From contig CAVURB010000003.1 in assembly GCA_963743815.1 (NCBI GenBank), positions 681,504 through 745,503 on the forward strand: 64,000 bases of DNA, in the 5' to 3' direction. Source of the stretch: an uncultured Chloroflexia bacterium. Lineage in GTDB: Bacteria > Chloroflexota > Limnocylindria > Limnocylindrales > CSP1-4. The notes beneath the pieces were generated by a model. It made no database searches and was not told where the DNA came from. It was given only the letters and a program-made list of their open reading frames with translations. Positions 1 to 11,139 of this stretch are shown piece by piece. Each line of letters begins with the position of its first letter. Positions within the stretch are counted from its first letter, which is position 1. The translations under genes were made by a program, and so were the position numbers.

Positions 1-671
1 GCGCCAGGCTGGCACGCTTCCGGAAGGGCAGGAGGCCGGCCGCGTGGAGGATCTCGTCGCTGTAGGCGTTGCCGATCCCGGCCACGAACGACTGGTTGCG
101 GAGAAGGTTCTTGAGCTCCCCGGGATGCGCGGCGGATCCGGTCCCGCCACACCTCCAGGGTGAGCTGCGGGTCGTCGGCGTCCGGTCCGATCTCGCCGCG
201 GCCAAGACCCGGCACGGACCGCTCGACGCCCGCCGGCAGCAGGTAGACCTTGCCCATCTGCGTCGGGTCGCGATAGCGGATCTCCGGCAGGCCGTCGGCC
301 GGCAGGCAGCCAAGTCGGCACCGCGGGTCCACGCGGCGAACGGCGGCCGCGGCCGAGGCGCTTCCGGGCGCGGCCCCAGACCCAGCACCACGGCGGTCTT
401 CGTCGGGTGCTTGACCGCCGCTCCGGCGGCGAGTTGGAAGCGGCCGGTCAGCATCGGGTTGACCACGATGGCATCGCGATCCAGGTCGATCATCAGGAAC
501 TTGCCCCGGCGCCGGATCGCGACGAGCCGCTGTCCGACGAGCGCCGCGAGCTCGGCCGGGGTGCCTCGGACCGCGAGCGGCCCCGGAGCGCTCGACGGTC
601 CGGATCTCGCGACCGCGCAGGGCCGCGTCGAACGCCTCGGCGACGACGGTCAGATCGGGAGATTCAGGCAC
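1..671 (-). pseudogene. Fpg/Nei-family DNA glycosylase; C-terminus runs off the window start; frame broken at least 3 times as assembled
   Basis: Reverse-strand translation from GTG at 671-669 gives MPESPDLTVVAEAFDAALRGREIRTVE (N-terminal Pro-Glu catalytic signature). Out-of-frame pieces follow: GKFLMIDLDRDAIVVNPMLTGRFQL, EIRYRDPTQMGKVYLLPAG, and the H2TH-like LLRNQSFVAGIGNAYSDEILHAAGLLP. Frame switches near 582, 305 and 130. Confidence 0.8.
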
Positions 672-681
672 GGCGGGGCGA

Positions 682-711
682 TTGTAGCCGCGCAAAGGCC
701 TGTGCTAGACT
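682..711 (+). promoter_or_regulatory. Candidate sigma-70-type promoter for rpsA (TTGTAG-N18-TAGACT)
   Basis: TTGTAG at 682-687 and TAGACT at 706-711 in the divergent fpg/rpsA spacer. Motif match by eye only. Confidence 0.3.
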
Positions 712-1041
712 CTCCCGGCCCCAAGAGGCATGGACAGCTGAAGAGCGGAATCAGGCACCAGCGCACGCGAAGGAGCGGACCGCGGAGTTCGATCACCACG
801 GACCCAACCCCCACCGTCCCTGTCACGGCCTGAGCGTCGCTCAGGCCGTTCGTGATTCTCGGGAGCAAATCCACGACAGGAGTGACTACGACATTGACCG
901 AAGAACAGCAGGGCGGGACCGCGCCTGACACGGAGGCGAACGCCGCCGTGAGCACCCAGGCGTCCCGAGGAGCCCGTCGGGGCGATCGCCGTCGCCGACG
1001 AGCCCGCCCCCAGCGCGGCGGAGCCGGCGGCTGAGGCCGAC

Positions 1042-3254
1042 GTGACCGCCGATACCCCCGCCGAGGCCATCGCCGACGCGCCCGTGGAAGCGGTTGCGGA
1101 CGAAGCGCCCGCGGCTGTCGCCGAGGTCGTTGAAACCGCCGACGCGCCCGTGGAGGCCGTTGCCGGCGAAGCGCCTGAAGCCGTTGCCGCCGAGGTACCC
1201 GCCGAGACCGTCGCCGACGCCCCCGTGGAGGCCGCTGCGGACGAAGCGCCCGCGGCTGTCGCCGAGGTCGTGGAAACGGCCGACGCCCCCGTACAGGCCG
1301 AGTCCGAGCCGGTGGGCGAGGCCACCGAGCCTGCCGCTGACTCCGTGCTCGACGTGGCCGACACCGAGGACGCTCCCGCCGCCGACGATGAGCCCGAGCC
1401 CGTTGCACCGCCGCGCGAGCTGGGCCCGGAGCCCACGACGATGGAGGAGCTGCTCGCCGAGCAGGACTCCGACATCAAGAGCTTCAAGCACGGTGACGTC
1501 GTCGAGGGGAACGTCGTCCGGATCGACAAGGACGAGATCCTCGTCGACATCGGTGCGAAGTCCGAGGGCGTCGTCAGCAACCGCGAGCTGTTCGGTCGCA
1601 GCGGCGAGGGTCAGGCACCCTTGGCCATCGGTGACACGGTCCTCGTCTACGTTCTCCAGCCGGAGTCGCCCGAGGGCCATGCCGTCCTGTCGCTTCGCCG
1701 CGCCGGCCTCGAGCGCAAGTGGCGCGCGATGCAGGAGCAGTTCGAGGCGGGCGTCATCATCGAGGCGCCGGTCATCGACCACAACAAGGGCGGGCTCATC
1801 GTCGATTGCGGCATCCGCGGCTTCGTGCCGATCAGCCAGATCGTCGACTTCCCGCGCCGACCGCAGAACGACCAGCCGCGCGACGCGGCCCAGGAGATCG
1901 CGGAGAAGCTGCAGCCGTTCGTCGGCCGCAAGCTGCGCCTCAAGATCCTCGAGGTCAACCGCAAGGCGAACCGCCTGATCCTCTCGGAGAAGGTCGCCCT
2001 GTACGAGGAGCGACGCGAGAAGCGCGACGAGCTGTTCAGCAGCCTGCAGGTCGGCCAGAAGGTCACCGGCACGGTCCGCAGCATCGCGCCATTCGGCGTC
2101 TTCATCGACCTGGGCGGGATCGACGGCCTCGTCCACAAGAGCGAGCTCTCGTGGAACAAGGTCAACAACCCCGAAGCCGGCTACAAGGTCGGCGACGAGG
2201 TCGAGGCCGAGGTCATCGATATCAACCACGAGCGAGGCCGGATCAGCCTGTCGATCCGCCGCCTCCAGCCGGACCCGTGGCACTCCACGGTCGCCGACTT
2301 CAACGTGGGCGACGTCATCGACGGCACGGTCACCAAGCTCGTCAACTTCGGCGCGTTCGTTCGCGTCCGCGACGGGCTGGAGGGCCTCATCCACATCAGC
2401 GAGCTGTCCCACCAGCGCGTCGCCCATCCGGGTGACGTCGTCCATGAGGGCCAGCAGCTCAAGCTCAAGATCATCTCGCTCGACTCCGAGCGTCATCGCC
2501 TGGGGCTCAGCCTCAAGCAGGCCGAGGAGCCGCCCGCTCGACCGGCGCCCGAACCCGGGCAGCCCGCCGCCGCCGCGGCAGGCCCGCGTCCGGAGCGACG
2601 TCCGCGTCCGGAGCGCAGCTACTCGATGAGCGACGCGGTCCAGGAGCCGGAAGGCGGGATCGACAACACGCTCGCATCGGCCTTCGCCCAGGTTCGCCAG
2701 CAGCTCGCCGCCGCAGAGGGTGCGGATGCGCCGAGGCGCTCGAGGCACCTGCCGAGGACGCAGCGACGGCCGGTCCTGAAGACGGCGCCCCGAACGTCGA
2801 GGCCGAAGTCGTCGAGGCCGAAGTCGTCGAGGCCGAAGTCGTCGAGACCGTGGCCGAGATCGAGGTCGCCGAAGAGGCGCTGGCCGCCGAGGCGATCGCT
2901 GAGATCGTCGAGACCGTCGCCGTCGATGAGGCCGTGCTCGAGGCCGCAGCAGAGGACGAAGTCGAGCGACTTGCCGACGCCGCTGTCGCCAACGACGCCA
3001 ACGAAGCCGCAGCGGTCGAGGACGCCGTCGAGGTGGTCGAGGCCGTCGCTGCCGTGGAAGTGGCCGAAGAGGCGCTGGCCGCCGAGGCGATCGACGAGAT
3101 CGTGGATGCGGTCGCCGCCGACGAGACCGTTCTCGAGGAGGCCGCGGCCGAGGTGATCGCTGAGGCCGAGGCCGAGGCCGCGACCGATGGCCCCGAGCCG
3201 GCCGCCGAGGCCGACGCGGACGCCGAGCCCGAGAAGGCGGCCGACCCGGCCTGA
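1042..3254 (+). CDS. rpsA: 30S ribosomal protein S1 with acidic low-complexity N- and C-terminal extensions; C-terminal tail continues in another frame after about 2731; true start may lie upstream (TTG 894) across a second frame switch near 966
   Basis: Four S1 motifs (FKHGDVVEGNVVRIDKDEILVDIG, GVIIEAPVIDHNKGGLIVDCG, QVGQKVTGTVRSIAPFGVFIDLG, NVGDVIDGTVTKLVNFGAFVRV). ORF 1042-3156 turns into an Arg/Ser/Pro-rich translation after AAAEGADA, while the acidic tail (ORF 2850-3254 frame) reads through cleanly. Confidence 0.9.
1072..1299 (+). repeat. In-frame imperfect tandem repeat (about 87-nt core at 141-nt spacing) inside the rpsA N-terminal extension
   Basis: The segment gccgacgc.cccgtgga.gc..ttgcggacgaagcgcccgcggctgtcgccgaggtcgt.gaaac.gccgacgc.ccc occurs at 1072 and again at 1213 (ADAPVEAxADEAPAAVAEVVETADAP twice). 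Confidence 0.8.
2799..2843 (+). repeat. Perfect 15-nt x3 tandem repeat (gaggccgaagtcgtc, EAEVV x3) in the rpsA C-terminal tail
   Basis: Three exact consecutive copies read directly. A further roughly 30-nt segment (gccgaagaggcgctggccgccgaggcgatcg) recurs at 2868 and 3063. Confidence 0.9.
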
Positions 3255-3273
3255 CCCGACGCCGCCGCCCACG

Positions 3274-3299
3274 ACGACCCGTCGGTCCCGGCGGGTCGT
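3274..3299 (+). terminator. Hairpin downstream of rpsA (possible intrinsic terminator, weak U tract)
   Basis: acgacccg pairs with cgggtcgt (8 bp plus 2 extra pairs, 6-nt loop), followed by ttgcgattcctt. Confidence 0.35.
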
Positions 3300-3464
3300 T
3301 GCGATTCCTTACCCTGCCAGGGACATCCAACGGCCAGCCGCCGACAATTCCATCCATGAGCGACACCGGACGTGCGTACCACCGCCCGCACCGGAACGTC
3401 GTGCTAGCATGGCCCGAGGCGCCACCTCCGTGACGCCACGCACCCGGAACAGGCGTTCGACTCG

Positions 3465-5939
<2,475 letters not shown>

Positions 5940-5965
5940 GCTCGACCGGCGCCTCGGGCTGACCG

Positions 5966-7381
5966 GTGGCCAAGGCCACGAGCCGGTTCGTCTGTCAGAC
6001 CTGCGGCGAGGCGTTCCTGCGGTGGGAAGGCCAGTGCCGCGTGTGCGGCGCCTGGAACAGCCTGGTCGAGACCGTCGTCCGTGAGACACCGCGATCCGCG
6101 CGTGTCGCGGTGGGCCTGGGCGGCGTCCCATCGGAGCCGGTCGCGCTCGCCGACATCGGCGAACGGGACGTGCCGCGCCTGCCGACCCGGATCGGTGAAC
6201 TCGATCGTGTCCTGGGTGGGGGGATCGTCCCGGGGTCGCTGATCCTGATCGGCGGGGAACCTGGGATCGGCAAGTCGACGCTCCTGCTCCAGGTGGCATC
6301 GGGGATCGAGGCTCCGGTCCTCTACGCGACCGGGGAGGAATCGGCTGCCCAGGTCCGGCTGCGCGCCGGCCGGCTCGGTGCCCTCGATGGGGGACCGGGG
6401 CGCTCGATCGCCGTCCTCGCGGAGCACGACATCGGGCGGATCATCGAGGTGGCACGCTCGACGCGTCCAGTGATCCTCATCATCGATTCCATCCAGACCG
6501 CCACCGTCGACGAGCTCGATGGCGCCGCCGGGAGCGTCGGCCAGGTGCGGGAGTCGGCCCTGCGGCTGATGGACTTCGCGAAGGGGGAAGGCGTCGCGGT
6601 CGTCCTCGTCGGGCACGTCACCAAGGACGGGTCGATCGCGGGACCCAAGACGCTCGAACACCTCGTGGATGCGGTCATCGCCATCGAAGGCGAGCGCTAC
6701 GCGGCCCTCCGCCTCGTCCGGGCTTCCAAGAACCGCTTCGGGTCCACCGACGAGGTCGGTGTCTTCGAGATGGCCGGCACGGGACTGCTGGAGGTCAGCG
6801 ATCCGGCCCGGGCGTTCCTGGCCGAACACGCAGAGCCGGCGCCGGGCAGCGTGGTGGCGCCCACCCTCGAGGGCAGCCGCCCGCTCCTGGTCGAGGTCCA
6901 GGCCCTGGTCGCCGCGGCCAGCTACGGCACCCCCGCCCGCAAGGCGAGTGGGATCGACCCGAACCGGCTCGGCCTCCTCGTCGCGGTCCTCGGCAAACGC
7001 GCCGGGATCGGTCTCGCCTCGCATGACGTGTACGCCAACCTCGCGGGGGGTCTCTCGGTCGCGGAACCGGGCCTGGATCTGCCGGTGGCAATGGCCCTTG
7101 CGTCCTCGCTTCGCGACCGGCCGATCCTCCCCGGGACGGTGGTCATCGGCGAGGTCGGGTTGCTCGGCGAACTCCGGGCCGTGACCGGGCTGGAGCGGCG
7201 CCTGCGCGAGGCCGCCCGACTCGGCTTCACGAGCGCCATCGTGCCTCCGCCGGGACGCGGCGCGGATCTCCCGGCCCTGCCGGGCATGCAGGTCCGCCAG
7301 GTCGCGACGCTCCGCGACGCGGTGGAGGCCGCGCTGGGCCCCGGCTCCGACGCAGTGGCGACCGGCTCGCGGCGATGCTAG
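5966..7381 (+). CDS. radA: DNA repair protein RadA/Sms
   Basis: N-terminal zinc ribbon FVCQTCGEAFLRWEGQCRVCGAWNS, Walker A GEPGIGKST, KNRFG motif, Lon-like C-terminal domain. Confidence 0.95.
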   Translation: MAKATSRFVCQTCGEAFLRWEGQCRVCGAWNSLVETVVRETPRSARVAVGLGGVPSEPVALADIGERDVPRLPTRIGELDRVLGGGIVPGSLILIGGEPGIGKSTLLLQVASGIEAPVLYATGEESAAQVRLRAGRLGALDGGPGRSIAVLAEHDIGRIIEVARSTRPVILIIDSIQTATVDELDGAAGSVGQVRESALRLMDFAKGEGVAVVLVGHVTKDGSIAGPKTLEHLVDAVIAIEGERYAALRLVRASKNRFGSTDEVGVFEMAGTGLLEVSDPARAFLAEHAEPAPGSVVAPTLEGSRPLLVEVQALVAAASYGTPARKASGIDPNRLGLLVAVLGKRAGIGLASHDVYANLAGGLSVAEPGLDLPVAMALASSLRDRPILPGTVVIGEVGLLGELRAVTGLERRLREAARLGFTSAIVPPPGRGADLPALPGMQVRQVATLRDAVEAALGPGSDAVATGSRRC

Positions 7382-7442
7382 GCTGACGGCCCCGCCCGGT
7401 CCGTTCACGGTCCGGAGGACGCCGGGACTGTCCGTCGAGGGT

Positions 7443-8510
7443 GTGGTGATCCGATATATCCGTGTGCTGGGAGCCGCGCTTGGCGGCCTCGTCGGGCTTG
7501 CGCTCGCCGGGGTCGATGGCGGGCTGTTCAGCGAGACCGGGTATGCGGGTGCGCTCCTCGCGACCTGGGTCGTAGCCTGGATCGTCGTCGGGTTCGGGTT
7601 GCTCCCGTACCTGACGATCGTGCCCGCGGCCTGGCTGATCGCGCGGGTCGAAGAGCTCTCCACGACCGAGTTCGTCACCGCGATCGCGGGTCTGCTGATC
7701 GGCCTGCTGATGGGGCTGCTGCTGGGGCTCCCGCTCGGGCAGATCGACGGGCCGATCGGCGAGTGGGGCCCGCTGGGCATCTCCATCTTCCTGGGACTCG
7801 GCATGCTCGGACTGACGGTCGCCAAGCGAAAGGACCTCGTGATCGCGGCCGAGGCTGTGGGTCTGGTCCGCCGCCGGGAGCCGAGCGACGGGGAGGGCAG
7901 CCGGCGATCCGGCGATCCCCGGATCGTGGTGGATACGAGTGCCATCATCGACGGCCGGATCGCCGAGATCGTCGAATCGGGCTTCATCTACGGCACGCTC
8001 GTCGTGCCGCGGTTCGTGCTGGATGAACTGCAGCACATCGCGGACAGCTCGGACACCCTGCGGCGCAACCGCGGTCGCCGGGGCCTGGAGATCCTCGCCC
8101 GGATGCAGAAGGAGCCGAGTACGCCGGTCGAGATCGTCGAGGACGACTTCCCCGACGTGCCGGAGGTGGACGCCAAGCTCGTGGCGCTGGCCCGGACCCT
8201 GAGCCGGGTCATCCTGACCAACGACTTCAACCTCAACCGTGTCGCGGAACTCCAGGGTGTTCGAGTCATGAACATCAACTCGCTCGCCAACGCGGTGAAG
8301 CCCGCGGTCCTGCCCGGCGAGGAGCTGCGCGTCCGGGTCATCCAGGAGGGCAAGGAGGCCGGACAGGGTGTCGGCTTCCTTGATGACGGGACGATGATCG
8401 TCGTCGAGGGTGGCGCCCGGCATATCGACAAGGACCTCGACGTGTCCGTGACGCGCGTCCTGCAGACGGTGGCCGGTCGCATGATCTTCGCCCAGCCGCG
8501 CCTGGATTGA
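7443..8510 (+). CDS. PIN/TRAM domain membrane protein (YacL-like)
   Basis: N-terminal hydrophobic helices, then the PIN-like RIVVDTSAIIDGRIAEIVESGF...VPRFVLDELQHIADS and the TRAM-like C-terminus GEELRVRVIQEGKEAGQGVGFLDDGTMIVVEG. Position after radA matches Bacillus yacL. Confidence 0.8.
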   Translation: MVIRYIRVLGAALGGLVGLALAGVDGGLFSETGYAGALLATWVVAWIVVGFGLLPYLTIVPAAWLIARVEELSTTEFVTAIAGLLIGLLMGLLLGLPLGQIDGPIGEWGPLGISIFLGLGMLGLTVAKRKDLVIAAEAVGLVRRREPSDGEGSRRSGDPRIVVDTSAIIDGRIAEIVESGFIYGTLVVPRFVLDELQHIADSSDTLRRNRGRRGLEILARMQKEPSTPVEIVEDDFPDVPEVDAKLVALARTLSRVILTNDFNLNRVAELQGVRVMNINSLANAVKPAVLPGEELRVRVIQEGKEAGQGVGFLDDGTMIVVEGGARHIDKDLDVSVTRVLQTVAGRMIFAQPRLD

Positions 8511-9730
8511 GCGGCTCGCGCGACGCTCGTCCGATCGCCGACGCGGTCGTCGTCGCCGCCGGTCGTTCGCAGCGCATGGGTGGGATCGACAAGCTTGGCT
8601 GGGTCATCGGCGGGCGCCCGCTGCTGGGCCACACGCTGGACCGCCTGGCCGCGGCCCCGGACATCGAGTCGATCGTGGTCGTGACGACCCCCGATCGCCG
8701 GGAGGCGCTCGCGTTGGCGCCGTGGCTGCCGACGAAGGTCCTGGCGATCGTGGTCGGCGGCGAGCAGCGCCAGGATTCGGTGCAGGCAGGGATCGATGAG
8801 ATCGAACGCCTCGTCCCCGACCCGGCCGGCGAACGGGTGCTCCTGGTGCATGACGGTGCCCGGCCGGTCATCTCGCTCGAGCTCGTGGCCGCGGTCGCGG
8901 CGGCGGCCGAACGACATGGCGCGGCGATCCCGATCGTGCCGGTCGTGGAGACCATCAAGCGGCTCGCTGGCGATCGGGTGGCTGGCACGGTCGATCGGAC
9001 CACCCTCGGGGCCGCCCAGACGCCGCAGGGGATCCGGCGATCCGTGTGGCGGGCTGCCGCGGCGAGCGCCGAGGCGGTGGCCGGTAGCTGGACGGATGAG
9101 GCCGCCCTGCTGGAGGCCTGTAGAATCGCGGTCCATGTCGTCCCCGGCGATCCGTCCAATCTCAAGGTGACCACGCCCGCGGACCTCGCGCGCGCGGCGG
9201 CCAGCCTGTCGCCGGTCGCGTCGGCTACGCCCGCGGACCTCGCGCGCGCGCCGGAGCGGTTCGGGATCGGGCACGACAGCCACCCGTTCGGACCCGGTTC
9301 GCCGCTGCATCTGGGCGGGATCGAGATCGATGGCGCGCCGCGCCTGGCCGGTCATTCGGATGGCGACGTCGCCCTCCATGCCGTCGCCGACGCCCTTCTC
9401 GGGGCCACTGCCCTGGGAGACCTCGGGCGCCTGTTCCCCGCCACCTCCGCCACACCCGCGGGCGTGGCCAGCCGCGACCTGCTCGCCGTGGTGGTCACGC
9501 GCGTCGCGGACGCCGGCTGGCGGCCGGCGGCCATCGATCTCACGATCGTGGCGGCGCGACCCCGTCTCAGCGGACGGCTCGATGCGATGCGTGCCGCGAT
9601 CGCCGAACTCCTGGGACTCGATATCGGTCGGGTGAGCGTGAAGGCGTCCACCGGGAACCTGGACGGATCCGAAGGAGCCGGGCGCTCGATCTCCGCGCTC
9701 GCGCTCGCGACCATCGAGCCGATCGCGTGA
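8507..9730 (+). CDS. ispDF: Bifunctional IspD/IspF (2-C-methyl-D-erythritol 4-phosphate cytidylyltransferase / MEcPP synthase)
   Basis: IspD motif VVVAAGRSQRMGGIDKL at the N-terminus. IspF motifs GIGHDSHPF and GHSDGDVALHAVADALLGA in the C-terminal half. TTG start overlaps the upstream stop. Confidence 0.9.
   Translation: MSGSRDARPIADAVVVAAGRSQRMGGIDKLGWVIGGRPLLGHTLDRLAAAPDIESIVVVTTPDRREALALAPWLPTKVLAIVVGGEQRQDSVQAGIDEIERLVPDPAGERVLLVHDGARPVISLELVAAVAAAAERHGAAIPIVPVVETIKRLAGDRVAGTVDRTTLGAAQTPQGIRRSVWRAAAASAEAVAGSWTDEAALLEACRIAVHVVPGDPSNLKVTTPADLARAAASLSPVASATPADLARAPERFGIGHDSHPFGPGSPLHLGGIEIDGAPRLAGHSDGDVALHAVADALLGATALGDLGRLFPATSATPAGVASRDLLAVVVTRVADAGWRPAAIDLTIVAARPRLSGRLDAMRAAIAELLGLDIGRVSVKASTGNLDGSEGAGRSISALALATIEPIA
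9173..9250 (+). repeat. 24-nt exact direct repeat at 54-nt spacing in the IspD-IspF linker
   Basis: acgcccgcggacctcgcgcgcgcg occurs at 9173-9196 and 9227-9250, encoding TPADLARA twice in frame. Confidence 0.85.
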
Positions 9731-11139
9731 CGGTCCGATTCCTCGACACGCTCACGGGCGAGACCCGGCCATTCACGCCGCTGCGTGATGACGTCGTCGG
9801 GATCTACTCGTGCGGGCCTACCGTCTACGGCCCCGCCCACATCGGCAACTTCCGCTCGTTCCTGTTCGCCGACCTGCTCGTCCGGCACCTGCGCTGGCGG
9901 GGCTACACGGTGCGATGGGTCATGAACATCACCGACATCGACGACAAGATCATCCGTGGCGCCGCGGCCGCCGGGACCGACATCGGGGCGCTGGCGGACC
10001 GGTACCACGCCGGGTTCCTTGCAGACGCCGACGCGATGCGCATGACCCGTCCGGACGCGCTCCCGCGGGCGACGGAGCATATCGAGGAGATCGTCGCGCT
10101 CATCACGACCCTGCTCGACCGCGGTCACGCCTATCGCACTGACGACGGCTCGATCTTCTTCCGGATCGCCTCGTGGCCCGCCTACGGGAAGCTCGCCCGC
10201 CTCGACCCGGACCAGCTCCGGGTGGGCGAGCGCGTGGAGCGCGATGAGTACGGCAAGGACGACGTCCGGGACTTCGCGCTGTGGAAGGGACCCAAGGCGG
10301 ACGAGCCGTCGTGGGACACCGCGATCGGCCCGGGCCGTCCCGGCTGGCATATCGAATGCTCGGCCATGAGCATGGCCGAACTCGGGCCGTCGTTCGACAT
10401 CCACACCGGCGGCGTGGACCTCATCTTCCCGCATCACGAGGATGAGATCGCCCAGAGCGAAGCCGCCACGGGCCAGGCGTTCGTCGGCACGTGGCTCCAC
10501 TGCGCCCACCTCCAGATGGGTGGCTCGAAGATGGCGAAGTCGACCGGGAACATCGCGCGGGTCGGGGAGTTGCTCGACGCCGGGATCTCGCCGCGAGCCC
10601 TCCGGTACGCCCTCATCGCCGTGCACTACCGGGCGAGCCTGAACCACTCGGATGAGTCGCTGGCGGCAGCCGGCGCCGCCCTGGACCGGATCGACGCGCT
10701 GACGGCTACCCTGGCGGCGTACCGCGAGGACGGCGGCGACGACCCGACCTTGCCCGAGGCCCTGGCAGTGGCGCGAACGGCCTTCGGCGAAGCGATGGAT
10801 GACGACTTGAACGTCTCCGCGGCCCTCGCCGCCGTGTTCGATCTGGTTCGCGACCTCAACCGGCGGATCGAGGCGCGGTCGCTCTCGACTGCCGATGCCG
10901 GACGAGCCCAGGACCTCCTGCGCGATCTTGACCAGGTCCTGGGAATCCTTCCGGACGAGGCCGATGACCTGGGTCCGGAGATCCAGGCGTTGCTGGATGC
11001 GCGCCTCGCGGCCCGAGCGGCGAAGGACTGGACCGAGTCCGACCGCCTCCGCGACGCCCTGGCCGAGCATGGTGTCGCCGTCGAGGACACCCGGGACGGT
11101 CAGCGTTGGCGACGGCTCGTGGAGGTCGGGCGTGGCTGA
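9727..11139 (+). CDS. cysS: Cysteine--tRNA ligase
   Basis: CGPTVYGPAHIGNFRSF (HIGH region), KMAKSTGN (KMSKS region), 470 aa, start overlaps the ispDF stop. Confidence 0.95.
   Translation: MTVRFLDTLTGETRPFTPLRDDVVGIYSCGPTVYGPAHIGNFRSFLFADLLVRHLRWRGYTVRWVMNITDIDDKIIRGAAAAGTDIGALADRYHAGFLADADAMRMTRPDALPRATEHIEEIVALITTLLDRGHAYRTDDGSIFFRIASWPAYGKLARLDPDQLRVGERVERDEYGKDDVRDFALWKGPKADEPSWDTAIGPGRPGWHIECSAMSMAELGPSFDIHTGGVDLIFPHHEDEIAQSEAATGQAFVGTWLHCAHLQMGGSKMAKSTGNIARVGELLDAGISPRALRYALIAVHYRASLNHSDESLAAAGAALDRIDALTATLAAYREDGGDDPTLPEALAVARTAFGEAMDDDLNVSAALAAVFDLVRDLNRRIEARSLSTADAGRAQDLLRDLDQVLGILPDEADDLGPEIQALLDARLAARAAKDWTESDRLRDALAEHGVAVEDTRDGQRWRRLVEVGRG

Noticed and set aside
69-833. 254-aa plus-strand ORF at the left edge
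   Set aside because: The opposite strand carries clear Fpg/Nei motifs (PE N-terminus, H2TH). The plus-strand translation is Arg/Ala/Pro-rich without motifs.
886-3366. 826-aa minus-strand ORF (and the other long minus or alternate-frame ORFs over rpsA)
   Set aside because: It lies antisense to a clearly recognisable S1 gene. The translation is Arg/Pro/Gly low-complexity with no motif. Long spurious ORFs are expected in all frames at this GC content.
3300-3464. CtsR operator or heat-shock control element upstream of clpC
   Set aside because: I did not find a tandem GGTCAAA-type heptad repeat or CIRCE-like inverted repeat, and ctsR/mcsAB are absent from the locus.
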